64,000 bases of DNA from assembly GCA_964635565.1 (NCBI GenBank), contig CAZWON010000002.1, positions 14,936-78,935 on the forward strand, written 5' to 3'. Source of the DNA: an uncultured Planctomycetia bacterium. Its GTDB lineage: Bacteria; Omnitrophota; Gorgyraeia; Duberdicusellales; 4484-171. Both the position numbers and the translations under genes were made by a program. The notes beneath the pieces were generated by a model, which was not told the origin of the DNA, searched no databases, and worked only from the letters and a program-made list of their open reading frames with translations. This document shows positions 59,300-64,000 of this stretch, one piece after another (position 1 is the stretch's first letter; the number at the start of each line of letters is the position of its first letter).

Positions 59300-61004
59300 C
59301 TTGCACCTCCTTTTTTAATTTATCCACAAAATCTTCTACTTTCATTGGTCCTAAATTTTTACCACCGTGCTGACGCACATTTACCTGCTGGTTGCTTTTT
59401 TCTCTTTCCCCTACAATTGCCATATAAGGGATTTTTTCCAGCTCTTTATTCCTTATTTTTCTCTGAAGGGTTACATTTTGTAAATCTAATTCCACACGAA
59501 ACCCTTCTTCTTCTAAAATTGCTTTTACTCTCTGGGCATAATCTTTACTCTCGCTACTTATACTGAGTATAGCTACCTGGACAGGAGAAAGCCAAAGAGG
59601 GAATTTACCTCCATAATGCTCAATGAGAGTAGCTAAAAACCTCTCCAAACTGCCTAAAATTACACGATGGATCATAATTACCCGCACATCTTTACCACTT
59701 GCATTCCGATAGGTTAAATTAAACCGCTCAGGAATACTGTAATCAAGCTGAATAGTAGCACATTGCCACTTTCTTTCTAAAACATCTTTCAATTTTATAT
59801 CTATTTTGGGGCCATAAAAAGCTCCTTCGCCCTTATTAATAGCATAAACAATTTTTTTTCTCTGTAGAACCTCCTCTAAAATACGTTCTGCTAAATCCCA
59901 ATCTTCACTTTTTCCAATAAATTTATCAGGTCGGGTACTCAACTCAGCATCAAAATCCTTAAAACCAAATTTTAACATAGCTTCTTTCACAAAATCAAGC
60001 ACTCCTTCTATTTCACTGTATAAATCATCTTTTCGACAGAAAATATGAGCATCGTCCTGGGTAAAACCTCTTACCCTTAAGAGACCATGAAGAACCCCAC
60101 TTTTCTCATAACGGTACACTGTCCCTAATTCAAACAGCCTAAGAGGAAGCTGGCGCCAGCTCCGTAATTGAGACTTATAGATAAGAATATGTCCTGGACA
60201 ATTCATTGGCTTTAGAATAAATTCCTGATTTTCCTTAGTTATAGGATACATATAATCTTGGTAATATTGGAGGTGACCGCTTTTTTCCCAAAGACTTTTA
60301 TCCATAATGCTGGGTGTAATCACTATTTGATAACCGCGCCTTAAGTGTTCCTTTATCTCCCAATCTTCAATTATCTTCCGTAAGATAGCTCCTTTGGGAA
60401 GATAAAATACTAAACCCGCTCCTGCCTCTTTATAGTAAATATCAAACAAACCCAGCTGTCTGCCTAAAATTCTGTGGTCTCTTTTTTTTGCCTCTTTCAG
60501 TCTCATAAGGTATCTATCGAGTTCGTCTTTAGTAAAAAAAGCTACCCCATAAATGCGCACAAGCTGAGAATTATGTTCGTCTCCTTTCCAATAAGCACCG
60601 GATATAGAAAGGAGCTTAAAATATTTCACCTCACCTGTAGAAGAAAGATGCGGACCTCTACATAAGTCTATAAAATCATTGTGCTTATAAATGGAAACTT
60701 TTTCTTCTTGCAAATCCTTTATCAACTCTACCTTATAAATTTCATTTCTTTCTTCAAAAAAACGAAGGGCATCCTTACTGCTCCACTCTTCGTGAATAAA
60801 AGGCATATCCTCTTTAGCAATCTCTCGCATTATTTCTTCTATTCTATCTAAATCTTCTTCTTTAATACCACCAGGAATATCAAAATCGTAATAAAACCCT
60901 TCCTCAATAGCAGGACCAATACCTAACTTTGCCTGAGGATAAAGTTTTTTTACTGCACTCGCCATAACATGAGAACACGAATGTCTTAAGGTTTCTAAAT
61001 TCAT
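59295..61004 (-). CDS. thrS: Threonine-tRNA ligase (lacks N-terminal TGS domain)
   Basis: LRHSCSH, DLCRGPH, KPMNCPGH, RVRGFTQDDAH, GAFYGPK. Confidence 0.98.
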   Translation of the reverse strand: MNLETLRHSCSHVMASAVKKLYPQAKLGIGPAIEEGFYYDFDIPGGIKEEDLDRIEEIMREIAKEDMPFIHEEWSSKDALRFFEERNEIYKVELIKDLQEEKVSIYKHNDFIDLCRGPHLSSTGEVKYFKLLSISGAYWKGDEHNSQLVRIYGVAFFTKDELDRYLMRLKEAKKRDHRILGRQLGLFDIYYKEAGAGLVFYLPKGAILRKIIEDWEIKEHLRRGYQIVITPSIMDKSLWEKSGHLQYYQDYMYPITKENQEFILKPMNCPGHILIYKSQLRSWRQLPLRLFELGTVYRYEKSGVLHGLLRVRGFTQDDAHIFCRKDDLYSEIEGVLDFVKEAMLKFGFKDFDAELSTRPDKFIGKSEDWDLAERILEEVLQRKKIVYAINKGEGAFYGPKIDIKLKDVLERKWQCATIQLDYSIPERFNLTYRNASGKDVRVIMIHRVILGSLERFLATLIEHYGGKFPLWLSPVQVAILSISSESKDYAQRVKAILEEEGFRVELDLQNVTLQRKIRNKELEKIPYMAIVGEREKSNQQVNVRQHGGKNLGPMKVEDFVDKLKKEVQD

Positions 61005-61028
61005 ATAATTACCTCAATATATAAATAG

Positions 61029-61116
61029 AAATGAGCGGGGCTATCCTCTGGAAAACAACCACTCTTTACCCTACCCCTTATTCTATCTTAATAACAATGG
61101 GCGGTAGAGGATTTGT
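61029..61116 (-). repeat. Imperfect direct duplicate of the tRNA-Val 3' end plus downstream flank
   Basis: ATGGGCGGTAGAGGATTTG exact at 61097-61116 region and 61238-61256; flanks 61029-61097 and 61170-61238 are clearly similar; period 141 bp. Confidence 0.88.
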
Positions 61117-61238
61117 ATGCAATCTTCGCTGTAAAGCGAAGCGTCCTTTTTAAGGACGCATTGCATCCAAATGAATGTAGCTCTCATAAGGAAAACAGCC
61201 ATTCTTTACTCTACCCCCTCATTCTCTATCAATAACCA

Positions 61239-61311
61239 TGGGCGGTAGAGGATTTGAACCTCTGACCTTCTGAATGTAAGTCAGACGCGCTCCCAACTGC
61301 GCCAACCGCCC
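61239..61311 (-). tRNA. tRNA-Val (TAC)
   Basis: GGGCGGT...anticodon arm TCTGA-CTTACAT-TCAGA...AGAGG-TTCAAAT-CCTCT-ACCGCCC-A. Confidence 0.95.
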
Positions 61312-61487
61312 AAGAGTAAATCTTCCTTCTAACTTCTCATTTAAGAAACTTCTTTTCTAACGAGATAAATAATACCAAAATCTTTAAAAAAAGCAAGAAT
61401 TCTCTCTAAATTAGCTGGTTTTGAATTATTGTAAAACGGTAGGCCAATTTTCTTCTAAGAACCCCCCTAAATTTTAAAACCTTCCTT

Positions 61488-62099
61488 CTATCTTCTGATT
61501 ACATCCTTAATTCTTAACAGCTGAGACAAAAACTCTCTTTCTATTTCTACAAGTTTAGACTCAATAAATTTTATTGAATCCGCTATTTGAGGTATCAATA
61601 TGTATTCTAAAGCATTTACTCTTCTTCTTGTCTTTAAAATTTCTTTGCCCACCATTTCTATAGCAAGGTAAAGTTCGACTATCTGGACTAATTTTTCTTT
61701 AACCTCCTTTTTTATATGATAGACTTTATCCCATTGATAAGGGATATTTTTTGGGGAATAAGGAGATAAATCTTGTCTTTTAAAAGAAATTTTAAGCAGT
61801 CTTAAATTTAAAAGTCTCTGATAATTTATCTCTATCTGATGGGGAATTAAATTATCCAGAAGCGTTTTAAGCAAAGAAGGGGAAGTCTGTATTTTTAATA
61901 TAAGATACTCATCAAGAAACTGTCTAAAAATATCCTCCCACTCATAAGAAGTCTTTTTAAATAACCTTATAAGGCGATGAAATTCTGAAATTAACTTCTC
62001 TAACTTGTCCTGCAGAAGACGATGCCCTTTTTCTGAAAGGAGAAGCCTTCTTTTTAGTTTAAGCAGTTCCATTCTATTAGGGTTTACCTTGAGTTTCAT
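61488..62099 (-). CDS. ntpD: V/A-type ATP synthase subunit D
   Basis: [11 protein letters not shown]...GHRLLQDK; [10 protein letters not shown]. Confidence 0.95.
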   Translation of the reverse strand: MKLKVNPNRMELLKLKRRLLLSEKGHRLLQDKLEKLISEFHRLIRLFKKTSYEWEDIFRQFLDEYLILKIQTSPSLLKTLLDNLIPHQIEINYQRLLNLRLLKISFKRQDLSPYSPKNIPYQWDKVYHIKKEVKEKLVQIVELYLAIEMVGKEILKTRRRVNALEYILIPQIADSIKFIESKLVEIEREFLSQLLRIKDVIRR

Positions 62100-63466
62100 T
62101 TTTTATAATATTCTTTCAAAATATTTGGCCTTACTCTTCTTAACTCACTTTCGGGAAAATCACCTAAAAGGCGCCATCCTAAATTTAAGGTTTCTTCTAT
62201 TGTCCTTTCCTCAAATTCTTTTTGCCGTACAAATTCATTCTCAAACCTATCCGCAAACTGTAAGTATAACTTATCAAGAGGGCTTAAAGCTTCTTCTCCT
62301 AAAATTAACGCTAACTCTCTTACTTCTTTCCCATGAGCATAACATGCAAAAAGCTGGTTAAGAAGGTCACTATGATCTTGGCGTGTTTTATTTTCCCCAA
62401 TACCTTTATCTTTTAAACGGGAAAGTGAAGGTAATACATCAATAGGAGGATAGATTCCTTTTTTATGGAGTGCCCGTGATAAAATTATTTGTCCTTCCGT
62501 AATGTAACCTGTCAAATCAGGAATGGGATGAGTTTTGTCGTCATCAGGCATAGTGAGAATAGGAAACATGGTGATGGACCCTTTTTTACCTTTAATCCTG
62601 CCTGCTCTTTCATATATGGTAGCTAAATCTGTATACATATAACCGGGATAGCCCCTTCTTCCGGGCACCTCTTTACGAGCATTAGAAACTTCTCTCAGTG
62701 CTTCACAATAAAAAGTCATATCAATTAAAATTACTAAAACATGCATTTGCAAGTGAAAGGCAAGATACTCCGCAGCAGTTAAAGCAAAACGAGGAGTAGA
62801 AATCCTCTCTATTACTGGTTCATTAGCTAAATTTATAAATAAAACTGTCCTTTCTAAAGCGCCTGTTTTTTTAAAGTCATCTATAAAAAAATTAGCCTCT
62901 TCAAAAGTTATCCCCATTGCCCCAAATACAACCGCAAAAGATTCATCATCGGTTAAAACACGCGCCTGGCGAGCAATCTGAGCAGCAATCCTATTATGAG
63001 AAAGGCCCGAACTTGAAAAAATAGGTAATTTCTGGCCTCTCACTAAAGGATTCATTCCGTCAATACAGGAAATACCTGTCTGAATAAATTCAGAGGGATA
63101 ATCTCTAGCTACAGGATTAATGGGCGCACCATTAATGTCTAAAACTTTCTCTATTCGGGGAGAAGGAAGATTATCGCGAATCTGGCCTCTCCCATTAAAT
63201 ATTCTCCCTAAAATATCTTTTCCTACACCCATGGTTTCACTTTTACCTAAAAAATTAACCTTGCTTTTGTCCACATCCAAACCATGAGTCCCTTCAAATA
63301 CCTGAACAACAGCTAAATCAGTGGAAACATCCAATACCTTACCAAAACGTTTTGTATTATCAGGAAGAATTATCTGGGCAAGCTCTCCATATTTAACGTC
63401 TTCTATCTTTTTAACAATTAAAAGTGGCCCTTGAATCTGGGTAATAGTCTGGTATTCTCTAAACAT
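62096..63466 (-). CDS. ntpB: V/A-type ATP synthase subunit B
   Basis: [45 protein letters not shown]. Confidence 0.97.
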   Translation of the reverse strand: MFREYQTITQIQGPLLIVKKIEDVKYGELAQIILPDNTKRFGKVLDVSTDLAVVQVFEGTHGLDVDKSKVNFLGKSETMGVGKDILGRIFNGRGQIRDNLPSPRIEKVLDINGAPINPVARDYPSEFIQTGISCIDGMNPLVRGQKLPIFSSSGLSHNRIAAQIARQARVLTDDESFAVVFGAMGITFEEANFFIDDFKKTGALERTVLFINLANEPVIERISTPRFALTAAEYLAFHLQMHVLVILIDMTFYCEALREVSNARKEVPGRRGYPGYMYTDLATIYERAGRIKGKKGSITMFPILTMPDDDKTHPIPDLTGYITEGQIILSRALHKKGIYPPIDVLPSLSRLKDKGIGENKTRQDHSDLLNQLFACYAHGKEVRELALILGEEALSPLDKLYLQFADRFENEFVRQKEFEERTIEETLNLGWRLLGDFPESELRRVRPNILKEYYKK

Positions 63467-64000
63467 TCTCTACTTCCTCTATAACTTTTTTTTCTATATC
63501 CTTAAACTTATCCCTTTTGTCTTCGGGAATAAATTTACTTCGAGAAATTTCCATCCTTACAGGCAACTTCAATAACCCAACAAGCTCTTTCCCATCTCTT
63601 AAGGCCTTCTGACAGCTATGGTAAAAATAAAGTATTACCTTTAACATAAAATATTGCTTTTTTAAAGAAGTGAATGTGTCTTCGAAGTGGAAGGCATTCT
63701 GATGAAGAAAATCCTCCCTAATGGAACGGGCTATCTCAAGTTTTAATTTATCTTCACTACTTAATGCTTCTTCACCTACGAGTCGGGCTATTTCTTTTAA
63801 TTCGTCTTCCTCCTCTAAAAGTTTCATTGCTTCTATTCTTAAAAGGTCAAAATCTTCAGCAATATCTTCCCTCTTAAATTCTTCCAAAACCTGATGGTAT
63901 AAAGAATAGCTTGTCAGCCAATTTATTGCAGGGAAATGTCGAGCATTAGCCAACCTATCATCTAACCCCCAAAAAACTTTCACTACCTTTAAAGTTGCTT
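63459..64000 (-). CDS. ntpA: V/A-type ATP synthase subunit A (3' part; start outside window)
   Basis: [36 protein letters not shown]. Confidence 0.95.
   Translation of the reverse strand, partial: ATLKVVKVFWGLDDRLANARHFPAINWLTSYSLYHQVLEEFKREDIAEDFDLLRIEAMKLLEEEDELKEIARLVGEEALSSEDKLKLEIARSIREDFLHQNAFHFEDTFTSLKKQYFMLKVILYFYHSCQKALRDGKELVGLLKLPVRMEISRSKFIPEDKRDKFKDIEKKVIEEVENV

Noticed and set aside
61005-61238. T-box riboswitch upstream of thrS
   Set aside because: No T-box consensus (AAnnnGGGTGGnACCRCG) or AG/GA stem I motifs found; the region is explained by the tRNA-end duplication.
30318-62361. Remaining short antisense ORFs overlapping housekeeping genes
   Set aside because: Shadow frames of well-supported genes on the opposite strand.

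Overview
AT-rich bacterial chromosome segment, almost entirely coded on the minus strand. Gene content suggests Candidatus Omnitrophota (inference). Left (1-12505): one giant ORF missing from the ORF track because it has no stop in the window (>4168 codons). It has an N-terminal signal/TM segment, a C39-like cysteine peptidase domain and, directly after it, a double-glycine-type cleavage motif. Its 5' UTR holds a c-di-GMP-I (GEMM) riboswitch with an inserted palindromic hairpin and an intrinsic terminator. Upstream and co-oriented (13316-29040) is an unusual Tad/Flp pilus locus: PPIase, cpaB, a secretin-TonB_C fusion, a TadZ-TadA fusion, 11 tandem pilin-like genes (3 not in the track), tadB, tadC, TadE/TadG-like proteins and a lipoprotein. 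After tRNA-Glu comes a plus-strand block: nfeD, stomatin, FIST protein, histidine kinase, REC-GGDEF. The rest is an ECF sigma/anti-sigma locus and housekeeping genes (folE, mnmE, folC, purH, truncated YchF, EF-G paralog, rpoD, dnaG, NIF3, cvpA, rarA, 6S RNA, pheTS, trk, rplT-rpmI-infC-thrS, tRNA-Val with a duplicated 3' end, V-ATPase D/B/A). Best candidate for a new system: a c-di-GMP-switched, possibly self-processing giant surface protein linked to a many-pilin Tad machine. All calls are by eye; no searches were run.
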